A stretch of DNA of 64,000 nt from Podarcis bocagei (taxonomy: Eukaryota), in NCBI GenBank assembly GCA_964188305.1, contig OZ076886.1. The stretch is one strand, 5' to 3'. Of the stretch, positions 36,968-50,476 are shown in pieces. The first letter of the stretch is position 1. The number at the start of each line of letters is the position of its first letter. Both the position numbers and the translations under genes were made by a program. A model generated the notes under the pieces. That model made no database searches. It was not told the DNA's origin and was given only the letters and a program-made list of their open reading frames with translations.

Positions 36968-38659
36968 CTGTAGAGTGATCTCTTGCTTTTTCCTTCAGCG
37001 TCCCACTGTGTTAGTCATCAGGAAGGCCAGCTAAGCTCCTCTCACCTCCAAGGATCTCTGTGGGATGGGGGTAGGCTGGTAAAAGGGATATCAAGTCTAG
37101 TGTAACTACTGGAAACCAAGTGATGCTGGCATAATGCTGTCAGTGGCTGCCAGCAACATACCGGATAATGATGATAGCTTAATTAATCAAACAGTTGAGG
37201 ATGGACATGGCTGAATCACAGAGCAGGCGAAGTAAATGAAACCAGCCATTATCCCAATCTCTCCCCCCACCCCGCCACACTGTTGAAGAAGAGTTTGTCT
37301 ATAGCCGCATTTATATAAGGACAAATATGCAGACTGATGCACACTTTATCCTATACTCCTCTATACTTATCCAGACACAATCATTCTCAATTGCTTTATT
37401 TCACAAAGCCGCTGCTCCAGGGTGAGTCATGGATGCCCTTCATCCTCCAATCATTTCCCAATGATCCTTCTTGCTCCTTTTTTCAAGGGCAAAAACACAC
37501 CTGGTATGTTATTTTGCAGATGTGCCGAAGCAGACACATTTCTCTGAGAGGGAGCACTAGCCTTGGAGCCATGTTTTAAGATGAGGAATTTCTAAGGGAT
37601 GCGAGTGTTACGATATTGAAGCAATGCAGCCGTGAGCTGCTGGTAGCTTGAAAGCAAAACATAATGGGAATGTTGGGACTGTCCGTGGGAAACAGAGGGA
37701 CAGTCTATTCACAGTGCAAAGCACCAGAATTAGCTCAGAGTGTAATATGAGCTCTTCCTCTTGTTCCTGTACAGGAAGTGCAGGAGGTGTTTTTTTCTCG
37801 ACTGCTGGAGTTTGAAGAGAGCAGTCATGTTTTTTGTAACGCTGCAAAGACAGAAATAAAAGCATGTAAATACGTTTCTGTCTATCTCTTTCCCCTGCCA
37901 GGGGGGGGGGCAGGAAAGAGGGTGTGTGTTCTTCTCACGCTGAGAAGGATCGCCTATTGCGACCTAGCCTGGATCTTGCTGGGGAATGCAGACAGGGAAG
38001 TCAACAGGAGATCAAGCCGGGTGCCTGGGAGAGTTGCCAGTTTCTCCTGATAAAGGCTTGATTTCCGACAGCGAGAGGCTAGCTGTTTAAGTGTGAGTGT
38101 GTGGTGTCAGTGTAGGGAGACCCCTGACCAACCCTTTCAGCTGTGAGAGCAAAGTGCAGGAGAGTGTGAAACCTGATCACCCTTCCAAGGTGCTGAGTGC
38201 AGCATCCCCTGGGTGGGCTCTCAGGGAGAAAGTTCTGTGAGGCAAAACCACTTCATCTTCACTGCCTTGTCATGTGAATGTGCTGTTTTGGATTGAGTAT
38301 GGTGGAAGTATTGGCAAGGGAGAAACTGAGGGAAAAAACCCTTTTTACCTTCCGTTGTCGTTTCTCACAGTGGCAATAAAGATAGAGAAGCACTTCCTGC
38401 AAAACACCATCTTTTTATTTCACTTGTCCCACTTCTCCAAGTAGTGTGGAACTCCAGGGTGCAGCACTTTACCTGGACTTGGTTTCTTTTGGAAGGAGAT
38501 GGCTGGGGACTTTGTGGTGTTTTGTAACATTTGAGCTGGTTTCCAAACATACAGGTTGAGCATAGGTGTGGGGCACAGCTTAGGCACACTAACAGACAGC
38601 CAAATCTGCCTATTCCACACTGGATATCCAGAGAACAGCAAATCCCTCAAAGACACTTT

Positions 38660-38850
38660 CCAGATCTTGCTCTTCTGCCTTATATGGAGGCAGCCCATTG
38701 GTCCATCCAACTAAGTATTGTCTCTTCACTGAATAGTGACAGCCCTCCATGATTTCAAGAACAAAGCCTTTCCATGCTTTACCTGAAGATTCAACCTGGG
38801 GCTTTCTTCAGGTAAAGTAATTCTTCCACTACTGAGCTGTGGCCCTTCCC
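38660..38850 (-). mobile_element. tRNA-derived SINE with CR1-type tail
   Basis: ctgccttatat...cattggtccatccaac...aacctggg...ccactactgagctgtggcccttccc; same family as 25853. Confidence 0.65.
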
Positions 38851-40040
38851 TTCCCCTCCCTCTCTATATCTCAGTAAAAAATGTCAGTTAAGGAACATTG
38901 CCAGTTATTTCCTAGCCCTATTTCCTGTCCACATCCCCAAATCATAACAGTATCTTCAAGTGTGACCAGCAAACCGGAATCACCAGCTTCATGTTCCACA
39001 ATGGTCTTCTAGTCAATTGCCCTAGCTGCTCCTCAGTCCCACCCTCTTAAGCTCAACTTACTCTCTCATTGGTTGGAAGTAATTATGAAGTCTTTATCCA
39101 AGGTAACTTAGGGGGGAGGAGACTATGGCTCTCTGGGGGTTGCTGGGCTCCCATTAGCTCCAGTCAGCATAGCCAAGGATCAGGGATGATGGGAGCAGCC
39201 ACATCTGGACAGCTGCAGGCTCTCCACCCCTGCTGAAATGATTGCTCTAAGCTTCTTTTTCCACCTTTCTGGAAGCTGCCTCATATCTGCAAGAGCAACA
39301 TGCATGGTGCCATCAACTCACATGATTGTGTCGCCTAAGATGCATGTGGGGAATTGTTTGTTTGAAAGTACCTCTGATCAAAACCGCCCTGTCCTATGGA
39401 GCCTTTTCTGCAGCCTTGTCAAGTGGAGGGAGATGTGTGTGATGCTCTCAGACAAGTGATACCCTGCAGGCATTCTGAAGTGGCTCAGTCATGTGAAAGC
39501 ATTATATCATATAAGCGGCTACACATCTAAACTGGCTTTTAAAGAAGAGTCTTAAAGATGAAATATTATGCAAGGCATAATTAAAAAGGCTCAGAACACC
39601 AGCCTGCAGTATCCAGGCAAGAAAAGTATTATTCCAATTATTTAATGCACAAGATGAAGCTCAGTTTAAAACACCTCATTGTGTCCCCTCAGGTTGATTT
39701 GTTTTTCCCACCTGTTGTATTTAATTACTGTTGCCCTTGCGCAGAGTTGGAGCAGATGTCGGAGGCCCTGTAAATTGGTTTCTGACAGACACAAAATCAG
39801 CGTCACTAAGGCTGGGCATACTTGGAGCGTCACCGCTTTAATTGCCCAGCTGCACCAGCCCTGGAACATTAAACATCACCTGTGAGCACTTCTCAGAGAC
39901 TGATTAAAAAAAGAATATCATAAGGATATTACATGCTAAACATTGATCGTGAATACATCACTTAATTGGGCTAAAGAGCATCCAAGTCAAGTGAATTTTT
40001 GTCATGCAAGACTAGGCTACAGCACATGGCCACTGCTGAA

Positions 40041-40392
40041 GCAGAGGTGAGGGGCTTGTTCAGCTCCAGGGCCACATTCCCTTCTGGGGGCCACAAGCCT
40101 GTGATGTACAGGGCTGGAAACATAAGTGGGCAGATCAAGGATTGTACATTTTACCTTTGTAGAGTTGGCTAGTTTCTACACTCCTTCCCGTGCTCCATCC
40201 AGACAAGCAATAAGCATGATCAGAGTTCAAGGTCATGTTCTAGCTAGGCCAAAATGTTCAAGGAGGGTGTGAAGCAGGCCTGGTGAGCGGTGTAGCTCAG
40301 AAGGGTGTGCAAACTGGGGAGAGTCCTGAGAGCCAGAGAGAGAGAGTCCTGGGAGGGTAGAATTTGGTCCCTAGGCCTGAGGTTACTCATCC
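40041..40392. mobile_element. Non-autonomous hAT-like element
   Basis: gcagaggtgagggg...gggccacattcccttctgg ... ggcctgaggttactcatcc; reverse homologue of 36608. Confidence 0.6.
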
Positions 40393-40450
40393 TTGTTTGA
40401 AAGCTAGCATCCACCATTATATTCTGCAATGTGGTCACAGTCAAAAAATA

Positions 40451-40704
40451 CTGTATTTTTCGCTCTACAAGATGCACCAGACCACAAGACGCACCTAGTT
40501 TTTGGAGGAGGAAAACAAGAAAAAAATATTCTGAATCTCAGAAGCCAGAACAGCAAGAGGGATTGCTGCACAGTGAAAGCAGCAATCCCTCTTGCTGTTC
40601 TGGCTTCTGTGATAGCTGCGCAGCCTGCATTGGATCCATAAGACACACATTTCCCCTTACTTTTTAGGAGGGAAAAAGTGAGTCCTATAGAGCAAAAAAT
40701 ACGG
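40451..40704. mobile_element. Tc1/mariner (Tc2/pogo-like) MITE
   Basis: TIRs ctgtatttttcgctcta / tagagcaaaaaatacgg flanked by TA. Confidence 0.88.
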
Positions 40705-41463
40705 TATTCAAAAGTGGCACAGTCTGTGGTGTGTTGCTCCTTGTGCAACCTGCACTGGACTGAAAAGGATTGACATTGAGGTGGCACTTGGTGAAAACCT
40801 CTCTTTCCCTCTCTGGCACCCAGGTGCCAGACACCGAGGCTGGAGGCTTCTCTGGGTAGATTTGGTAGCTGACCTATGCAACTGGGCTGTGGAGATAATG
40901 TCCTGGCTAACATTGCTTGGCAGTACCCTCCTTTGATCAGCAGCCCCAGCAGTGCAGGGAGTCAAGACCTAATGCTTGACTGCAAGACACTCGGTCTGAG
41001 TTCTGTGGCACACCTGACTCTTCGTTTCCACTAGAAAAAAGTGTTCATTTTCTTAGGCTTGCTTGTCAGTTTGATTGAGCATTGGCATAGCCAGAAATAG
41101 ATATGCGCTCCCTTGAGTTAGAGCATATGCACCAAGGCAGCAGTTAATCCTCAACTCCCAAAGTCAGATCTAATCTGATTTCCTAAGCTAAGGCAAGATT
41201 TTTGCATGTGGGGTAGGCACTTGATGCTCAAGAGCCAAAGATCCACTTTAGGGGGACTTCTTTTCTGGTAGGAATCCCATTAGCAATATTCTTGTAAAGC
41301 ATGCCTTAATCATCTCAGACTGCTTCAGCTTTTGCCTCTCCTTCGCTCAACAATTATCTTTTCTCAGATTGGGCTACTAAAAGGATATATGGACCAGAGT
41401 TGAAAAACAAAAACCAGGGCTGACAAGGCCAAGTTGTGTAGGGGTGACCATCTGAATGCACTG

Positions 41464-41467
<4 letters not shown>

Positions 41468-41502
<35 letters not shown>
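41468..41502. repeat. (TG)n microsatellite
   Basis: Direct reading. Confidence 0.95.
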
Positions 41503-41503
<1 letters not shown>

Positions 41504-42852
41504 TCTATTGTCACTCCTTCCATTCCTGATGTTGAGAGGTGAGCACTGTTGCTTATGTAACCAAAATAATGCTATCCATGCACAAAAGGCAGACTTGTAC
41601 TTTTGCAGAAAATAGTGTGTGTGTCTTTGTGTGTTTTCTTTTCCTGGGAGATACCCAGCCAACCCCCTGATGAAGCCTAAGTGTGCTAAGTGAAGTCTAA
41701 GCGCTCACAGAATACTAACTGACTGCTGGAGCACGGAATGAATGAGATGGAGTAGAGTGACCAGAATCCTGAACAGGGAGCACGCCACACTGCAACATTT
41801 TCTTGCAGATCCCACTTGTATGTATCAATGGTTTGGGAATGCCAGTTTGGCTGTGCACATTCCATTGTCTGCAGTGCAGTGTGGAAAGGCAGCTTCAATT
41901 TTCCCCACCCAGCTTAAGTTGTGACTGGGCAGTTCCCCTCCTAGCTTTCAGGATCAATCACTAACTGGAAACATCACAACCTCAGCATGCAAGAGGACCC
42001 ATGTGGCAATCATGTGTCGGGTGATGGTGGGTGGTTCTGTGAGTGGGCAGAGGCAGTGATTGATTGATAGGGGCAACTGTTTTGCCATCCTACATGATCT
42101 ACCATCTGAAACAAGGGGCTCATCTTGTCTAATGGGAGGATCGGTTCTGACTATGGATGGGATGAAAAAAAAGAAAGGTTATATTTTGAATGTGTGATCT
42201 GGTGTGATGTGGTGGACTTCAAGCAAGAATATTTTGCACCTTTCTGGACAAGGTGCAATGGCTAGGCTAGCTACTTAATGCCAGGTCTGATCAAAGCTCT
42301 TCAGGTGTGTTGAGAAATGAATTAGAAGTGAGGGAAAGAAAGGCGAAGGCGCTGTGGGGGAAGAGGAGAAGAGAGAGGAGAAGAGAGATCTTTCAAAAGG
42401 GACTATTTATTTGGGCAGTTTCATATTCTGCATAGAAAGCCACATTCATTTCCAGAAGGGAAAGGAAATGAAACAGAAAAATGACTTCCATTAAGAATAA
42501 AGGATTTGTGGTGGTGTGCGGTAAGGCTGCCTGGAAGTCTTTTTGAGCTCTGCCTTGTATTACCAGAGCCAAAAGGGAGACATAACACATGATATATATG
42601 CTTTTTTTGTGCAGTAGTGCCAGCAAAAACAAGTTACAGTTTGGCCATGCTAGGGATGACATGGAAAATCTGAATCAGCCAGCCTTGTAGCCAGTTCCTG
42701 TTGAATCATGTCAAGTAGACAATGTTCTTTATTTAAATAAACTTACAGTGTTGTCCTGGGCATGTCTACTCAGAAGCAAGTCCCATTGAGTTCAGTTGGG
42801 CTTACTCCCAGGTAAGCATATTCAGAATTGCACACTCCTAACCACATTTGCA

Positions 42853-43218
42853 GGGACGTGGGTGGTGCTGTGGTCTAAACCACAGAGTCTAGGGCTTGCC
42901 GATCAGTAGGTCGGCAGTTCGAATCCCTGTGACGGTGTGAGCTCCCGTTGCTCGGTCCCTGCTCCTGCCAACCTAGCAGTCCGAAAGCACGTCAAAGTGC
43001 AAGTAGATAAATAGGTACCACTCCGGCGGGAAGGTAAATGGCGTTTCCGTGTGCTGCTCTGGTTCGCCAGAAGCGGCTTAGTCATGCTGGCCACCTGACC
43101 TGGAAGTTGTCTGTGGACAAACGGCAGCTCCCTTGACCTATAGAGTAAGATGAGCGCTGCAACCCCAGAGTCGTCCGTGACTGGACCTAACGGTTAGGGA
43201 TACATTTACCTTTACCTT
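42853..43218 (+). mobile_element. Sauria SINE, full length
   Basis: Head gggacgtgggtggtgctgtggtctaaacc, B-box gttcgaatcc, tail (ACCTTT)n; 13-bp TSD taaccacatttgc. Confidence 0.95.
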
Positions 43219-43948
43219 TAACCACATTTGCTCAGAGGTATATCCTACTGAATGCAATGGGGCTTACTCCCAGGTAAGTGTGTTCAGAGTTGCAGCCTTA
43301 GTGCTGATGAAAGCAATCTGAGACGTGTGCATTCCTGTTAACTGTTGACAGGCAGATATCTTTGAGGAGAAGCATTGGAGTTGATATAAAAGCATAAGGA
43401 GAAAGCTTCTGAATTGGACCAAAAATCTATCTAGCCCAGCATCCAAATTTTATCTTATGCTTTTGAGAGGTTTAGGTGCATTGCAGGGGGTTGGACTAAA
43501 TGGCCTTTGGGTCCCTTTCAACTCTACAATTCTGTGAATGCTTCTTCCCATCAAGTGGTGTTCAGAGGTTTATAGGCTCCTGTGCTGTCCCCTCTGAAGG
43601 AAATCAACTATTCACATTCACACGCAGTCCAGATGTCTTCACAGTGCTTCTGTACCCCTTGCACAGAATAAATGCCAAATACTAGCACTTAATGATGCTC
43701 TCCCATTATTGCCAGGCACCATTATCATCATCATCATCATCATCATCATAGCTAGAGTGAAGGGGTGAGCTGGTGGTGTAAGGTGTTTCTATAGTCAGCC
43801 CACATTGCATGGAGAGATGCTTTAAGTGACCAGCCTGGGACCATATAGGATAGCTGTGGGAGAGCTGGATTGCAACTGTCTCTTGGAAATGAAACCAGAA
43901 AGGCTCCAAGGACAAAGAGCAGGTAGATGAGACACCTAGATCATATTA

Positions 43949-44092
43949 CAGTAGGAATGAGGAAACTGTGTGGCCCTCCAGATGTTGTTAAAGCAACAAC
44001 TCCTATCACTTCTAACCATTGGCCATGCTAGCAAGGCCTAATGGTAGTGAGATGCCAGCAGCATTTGGAGGACCACAGGTTCTCCAACCCTG
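43949..44092. mobile_element. Palindromic hAT-type MITE
   Basis: ggaaactgtgtggccctccagatgttg ... gcatttggaggaccacaggttctccaaccctg. Confidence 0.75.
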
Positions 44093-44764
44093 TTCTACAT
44101 GGATGGGATAATTGTGTGCAGCAGCATCACAGACAAATGTGTTTCCTAAGGTAGAAGGCAAATCGTAAGCTGCCATATGCCATGCCAGATCACTGATCTA
44201 TCCAGTTAGTTCCCAGTTGACTGGCTGTGGCTCTCCAGAGTTTCAGAAGGAGAGATGCCAGGGACTAAACTTGAGAAGTGTTTGAAATGCAGTGCAGGTG
44301 CTCTGCTACTGCCCTTCCCTGGGGTGTCTGGGCTGAAAGCAATGGGGAGAAGTAGTGTGAAGGATGCTAACAGCCAAAGAACAGCATGCATTTAAAGTTG
44401 CTCATTGGATGGAGGGCTTCTTTTTCCTTGTTTCCAGTGCAAGGAAATAGAGATGGGAGAGGAGCAGCGAGGGACGTTTGTGACAACAAAACAAGGGAAT
44501 TTTCTCAAGCTGGAGGAATATAGTGGTAATTCCTCCTCCAGATGGATTAATTACCAGAGCTGACATTGTGCTCAATCAGCATCTGTCACCACTCTCCCTT
44601 TGGGTTTGAGGAGATTAGTGTCTCTTTCTGTAACAGCTTTGGGTTCCAGTGTTGTTTGGTCACTGATCTTTAGGATGAGGTTTCTAGGTAGAAAAAACCC
44701 AGAAGTTCTGGAGTGGTAAGGAAGGTGAGGGAGGTGAGAAGAACCAAGTTCTTTGAGAATCACT

Positions 44765-45110
44765 TGAAAGAGCTGGATATGTTTAGCCTGGGGAGAAGCA
44801 GATCAAGGTGGGACGCAATAGTGTCTTCAGATATGAAGAAGCTGAAGCAGTCAGTCTCTGTTGGGCTGGACTAGAACCAGTGGGTGGAAATAGCAGAGAA
44901 GCCCATTTCAGCTCAGCATGAGGAGAAACTTCCTAATGGTGCAAGTTGTCCAGCAGATTGCGTTCAGGAGGTGGTGGGCTCTCTGCTGGAGGTATTGAAG
45001 CAGCAACTGGGCAACCACCTGTCAGGGATGCTGTAGTTGCATCCTGCATTGCAGATCCTGCATTGAAGAGGGCTTAGAGGAGATGACCATAGATGAACTC
45101 TATGATTCTA
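44765..45110 (+). mobile_element. Old CR1 3' fragment
   Basis: gagctggatatgtttagcctgg...aacttcctaatggtg...ctctatgattcta tail; colinear with the 51027 copy. Confidence 0.8.
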
Positions 45111-45899
45111 AGAGGAGGGAAAGGAAGAAGAATGGTTGGGTATTGTCTCTGTGTTAGTGATTGACACCTACATAGTGAGCTGTTCTTTCTACAGCAGGAC
45201 CCACAAGCCATGAGAGGTCAAGACAGCAGAGCATGCTGGTATTTTCAGTACCTAGGTAAGCTCCACCCTGAGCAATTTTTTTTCAATGAAGTCTTATCCA
45301 CACTTCCATTTGCCCCACTGCTTTCCTCTGGGAAACCCAGTCTTTAGCACTGAGTTGGAACAAACAGTTATTGGGCTTTCTGCGAAATCCCATTCATTCT
45401 GATTTAGTGCATAAAGAGTGGCTTTTCTGGGGGAAAGCTGTGGAGCAAAGGCAAAGGCAATTGGACCCATTGTTTCTAGGCATGGGACAACCAGAAATGT
45501 GAATGCACCATACAGCTGGACTGAAAGCTTCCCTGCTCCCACAGCCAGATCATTCTCCCAGGCTCTGCCCCTCAAGACTGGGGTATAGTACTTCTCCTTT
45601 CCAGTAAGTTCTGGCATGTTGCCTGTTAGTGACTTGTGACTTGTGGATATGAATCCCTGGCATGCAGGATTAGTTCCCAAGGAGAGAGTGCAAGCTCCCA
45701 GAGTACAGACTCCAGAGTTCCTGACTCAAAGGTCTGGGGCTCCAAAGCCCCATATCTGGGGGTGAGTAGTTCCTGTTCTTAGATGCTTGGAACGTTGACA
45801 TAATTTTAATGTTTTAGTATTTTAACATTTGTGTGTTTTAAAGTATGGTTGTGATTTCCCCCCTTTATTTTACTGTTTTATCTTTTGTCAACTATAAAT

Positions 45900-46310
45900 T
45901 TAAATATAAAATGTATAAATATAACTTTAATGAAAATCAATACAGCAAATCAATACAGAATTACCACTTCTCCAGTGGCACAAAACATTTACTAAAAGAA
46001 AGGAGGCAGAGCAGTCTATCGTCACAACTCTAGGTCTCCAGGGAGATCAGACGTCTGCAGTGTATTTCGATGACAAAAAACCAAATAGAGATATTTAGCC
46101 ACTAACTTGGTGAGCTCCTGATCATTCCCCAGTAATAGAAAATGTATGACCTCCAACTCTGGTTTCCATTTGTGGATACAGAGTTGATCTAGAAATTGCT
46201 GATGGAGATCAGCATATAGTTTACCATTAAGAACGATATGTGTAAGGGTTTCCACCAGGTGGTCTTCACATGGGCAAGTTCTTTCTCTTTCCACCCTGCC
46301 TGAGAACCTT
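45900..46310 (-). mobile_element. RTE-X-like LINE 3' fragment
   Basis: Reverse ORF ERTCPCEDHLVETLTHIVLNGKLYADL resembles the C-terminal zinc-knuckle region of RTE-X-type elements; clade assignment tentative. Confidence 0.6.
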
Positions 46311-46686
46311 AATTTGAATTAAACCTGGCCAGCTAAAATGCCCTTTCTTGAGGGTTAAGCAGAAATTCAAGGTAATTGTGGTTACAATCAGGGTTTACCC
46401 AGTTGGTAGAACGCGTGCAGGCAGCTTTCCGCTTCAAGATTTTTTGCTGTCCCACGCTGTGTATCCTATACAGAATTGTGTCTAGAGGGAGGTCAACACA
46501 AGGTAGAGACTGTCACCTGGGCGAGATTTCTTCTATGCTGGTTAAACATCTGCCTTACATCTGAAAATTTTATACAATTTGTATATAATTTTTTATGAAA
46601 TAAATAAAATAAAATAAATATCTGCTAGGTTTGGGTAACTGCAAACCTGCACAACCTCACACTTCATTATATACAGGGTCTACAGT

Positions 46687-47026
46687 GATGCGGGTGGCGC
46701 TGTGGTCTAAACCACTGAGCCTTGGGCTTGCTGATCAGAAGGTCGTCAGTTTGAATCCCTGCAATGGGGTGAGCTCCAGTTGCTTTGTCCCAGCTCCTGC
46801 CAACCTAGCAGTTTGAAAGCATCCCAAAAAAGTGCAAGTAGTTTAATAGGTACCACTTCTGTGGGAAGGCAAACGGTGTTTCCGTGTGTTGCTTTGATGT
46901 CGGTGTTCCATTGCGCCAGAAGTGGCTTAGTCATGCTGACTCCCTCGGCCTGTAAAGAGAGATGAGCGCCGCAACCCCAGAGTTGTTCGCGACTGGACTT
47001 AACTGTGAGGGGTCCCTTTACCTTTA
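46687..47026 (+). mobile_element. Sauria SINE
   Basis: gatgcgggtggcgctgtggtctaaacc ... ggggtccctttaccttta; TSD ctacagt. Confidence 0.93.
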
Positions 47027-48315
47027 CTACAGTATTGAGCCATACATGGAAGTTCCAGTAATCCTGTTTTTAATCATGGGAGTGGCTGGAGAACTCAATT
47101 AGTAGAATAGAGCTGCTGCGTTTTGTTTTATTAGTAGAAAATTTCCTGCTACAAATTCTGAATCAGCATTTGTAAATATAGAATATAGCTGCAAGCCAGT
47201 TCATATTATCGCCTTAGCAAACAGTGAAGTGCATTTCACAGCTCTCTGCCCCCCTCAACTATTCACATCAGCACAGCTTCAATTTATTTCTCTTTGTGTA
47301 AACCCAAGAGGGTGCTGATTGGGCAGGGATGCCTTTACCTTATGCAAAGGTGTTCACACCTTGGCTAGAGACTTAGGAACAGCTTAAGGACTGCAATCCT
47401 GTGAAGCTGGGTCACAGAACAGTAGTATCTCATAACAAAGTACAAGGTATCTATGCAATGCTTAAGCAAGCCACCTTATATTTCTAAATAAATCTTTTCC
47501 TAAATGCATCTAGCTGCAGTGTCCATTATATTTCTTTTTTTTCATTGCACACGAAGTACACATGAAGAACTGTAAAAAAATAAAACCCATACCACAAATG
47601 ATTTTGTCACTCACTATCCCCCAGACACCTCCACAATAAACATATGCAGATCCCCAGGTCTAGAAACTCTTTTAAGCTGAGATAGGCTTGCTGGGTCTAG
47701 TAAGGTGTTTGCTTCAGGAGCAAATAATGTACAATGAGTGACAAAGACCTTTGCTGAAGACCTATGTGGGGAAAAGGGGTGAGGGGAACAGAGCACCCAT
47801 GAAGGATCATAGAGGGGCCAAAAAAACAAGGGGAGAAGGAGTGGAGTGGCAATTTGGGGAAAGACACTGGGTACCTTCAGACTGTCAGCCACAGCTGGGA
47901 TTCTAGCATACAGCTTACTTTGCATTTAGAAAGTTATGAGGAGTCAGACTATCTTTGGCAGCTTCCTCCACCTCAGGAGAGTTCCTATCTTGTATATCAT
48001 TTCACATGTTCAGCCTCATATCTGCAGTTCAGCAGCCAGAACATTATTCAAACATGACATAGCACAGGAGCACACTTTTGCACTCCAAGTTAATTAATCA
48101 AATCTGGAGCAAGTCCCCCTCCTTGGTTCCATACTAAACAACTGATGGCACAAACTCAATTTGATGTATGGTTCTAGGGATTTCTTTATTCATTTATTTG
48201 TGTGTGCTACTTGGCTTGGAGTTCCTGTGGATTTGGATCATAGCTCTAAATCATACCTCCTAATTCTGAATGTTATACTTGGCTATATTTAGGTGGGCTT
48301 CTTACTGTGGCCTCG

Positions 48316-48612
48316 CTAGCTCTTGCACCTTAATAAAAAACAAAAGATTGAAATGGCAGTGCCCACTTCTCCCTCACACACATGCTTAAAAACAGGACCA
48401 CCACCTTCTTCTGGCAGAGCTGTTCTGCCTTCAACAGCAGCATGATGGGCAAAAATCAAGCAGGGGCAGGGATAGGGCCTCAGATGATGATCGCAGGGTT
48501 CGCAACCACTCCAGAAGGATGCCATGGCCGATGGTATTGAAAGCTGCTGAGAGGTTGAAGAGAATTGACAGGCACACATTTCCCCTGTCTCTCTCTTGAC
48601 AGAGGTCATCAT
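48316..48612 (-). mobile_element. L2 fragment (RT region joined to 3' end)
   Basis: Reverse ORF DDLCQERDRGNVCLSILFNLSAAFNTIGHGILLEWL (L2 RT motif LLDLSAAFDTIDH, degenerate). Confidence 0.8.
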
Positions 48613-49073
48613 ACATTCAGCATCCTATCCATCACGGGCATGTGTCCCTTGGAAGGTGGCTCAGATAGAAACATGGCCCTCAGGCTGAAAAGGTCCCCTC
48701 TTTCTGTTGTCGCAGTAAGATTCCTGCAATGAACAAAGACTTGATGGCCCTTTGAACTCTATAATTCGATTATCATGTTGTGGACTTGTGGTAGCATCTC
48801 TGCTTATAGCATTTAATGTCATTGGGTGGATCCCCCTGTAGAGTGTAACTGATCCCTGATCCTTTCATCCCACACTATTTCCCAGTCAAAAAGTACTCCT
48901 ATATCCCCACTATTTGCGCTCAAAAGGTTTTGGGCCAACATCATGTTGACCTTAAAGAAAAAAAATATGCTGGAAGGTGTCTTAATGAAAACCAGTTTAG
49001 TGGCTGTTTTTTCCCTTTTTTATTTTGCTGTTTTTAAGTGTTTTATTTTTTACTTGTCACTAGATTGTTTCAA

Positions 49074-49427
49074 ACATGCGCTGTGGTCTAAACCAATGAG
49101 TCTAGGGCTTGCCGATCAGAAGGTTCGCGGTTTGAATCCCTGCGATGGGGTGAGCTCCCATTGCTTGGTCCCAGCTTATGCCAACCTAGAAGTTCGAAAG
49201 CACGTCAAAGTGCAAGTAGATAAATAGGTACCGCTCCAGCGGGAAGGTAAATGGCATTTCCGTGTGCTGCTCTGGTTTCACCACATGCTGGCCACATGCT
49301 GGCCACATGACCCGGAAAAACAGTCTGCGGACAAACGTCAGCTCCCTCGGCCAGTAAAGCGAGATGAGCGCCGCAACCCCAGAGTCGTTCGCGACTGGAC
49401 TTAACTGTCAGGGGTCCTTTACCTTTT
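49074..49427 (+). mobile_element. Sauria SINE
   Basis: Body and tail as at 42853; 13-bp TSD tagattgtttcaa. Confidence 0.95.
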
Positions 49428-49440
49428 TAGATTGTTTCAA

Positions 49441-49635
49441 TTCCTGCAAGGAGCTGAAGGTGGCACACATTCTTCTCCCCCTCCCCATTTTATCTTCAAA
49501 AAAACTCCACCCCTGTGAGGTAGGCTAGGCTGAGGGAAGGCCACTGGCCCAAGGCCAACAGGTGAGCTTCATAGCTGAGTGGGGATTTGAACCCAGCTCC
49601 CCCAAGCCCTGGTCTGACATGCCAATCACCATTCC
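49441..49635 (-). mobile_element. CORE/MIR-like SINE
   Basis: ccctccccattttatc...ccctgtgaggtaggctaggctgag...ggcccaagg...ggggatttgaaccc. Confidence 0.8.
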
Positions 49636-50154
49636 AGCTCATTCAGCTGTCCCTGCAGAAAGTTGAAGCTTATCTTCTGTATGGTTCTTAGCACATTGTT
49701 AAGAGAAGGGCAGATTTTTAAAAGGTGGTATTCATTACCTGTTAAGGGAAGAAAAGCATTGCATTCCAAAGCCCTGCCTTCAAGTCACCATCATCACCCC
49801 CATGCCAGATCCCTGCCTGTGTCTGTTCTGTCTCCTGTTCGTTCTGCCTCCACGCTGAGATGCTGATTGCCTGCAGTGCCTGAAAGACATATTTGCTGAG
49901 TCGTATTCTAGGGTGTAATTAAGGTTGACAAGAGGATTAGCATTTCCACCCTCTTCTGGGCTTTAACATGGCAGAGGCTTAAGTCTTTCCTAATGGCTCT
50001 ATTAACCTGTAAAAGGCTGGGGTTGATGCAGTCTTTGGCTTTGGCGATTATGAAGACGTCTTTGGAAGAAACATTGTTCTTCCAAATACAAAGATTTTCA
50101 ATTACAGTAGTTTCTGAGGTCCTCTTCACCCACAAGAGCTAAGAGATTAGCAAG

Positions 50155-50445
50155 TATTGGGGCAGGGCCTTTTTTGTGGTGTCCCTGCATTCCTTGGAAT
50201 AACCTCCTTGTTTCCCCTTTTTGCCCCATTGGGGCTTCTTCATTCCAGTCTGGTTCAATTTAGTGTCCTGCTAAACAGACTTTTCCTCTGCTGCTGCTTT
50301 CTTGTTTGTAATTTTAATGATCCGTACATAGCTTGTTCATAGCTTTTAATTGTATTGTTATGTGCCCTTTCTTTTGAAGCGATCTGCTTTGTGAGGGTTG
50401 TTTTTACCCTGCAACATGGGTCAGAAATCTATTAAATAAATAATA
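50155..50445 (+). mobile_element. Old L2 3' end
   Basis: gcagggccttttt.gtggtg (RAFSVV region) through to aaataaataa tail. Confidence 0.55.
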
Positions 50446-50476
50446 TTTTTTTTGGGGGGGCTGCAATCTCTTGAAG

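Noticed and set aside
42853-42935. tRNA-like A/B boxes as tRNA genes
   Set aside because: They are SINE heads continuous with SINE bodies and tails
8863-43218. Inverted Sauria SINE pair flanking the 44-nt exon as a circRNA driver
   Set aside because: 34 kb apart, diverged copies, and the exon is too short; no direct support
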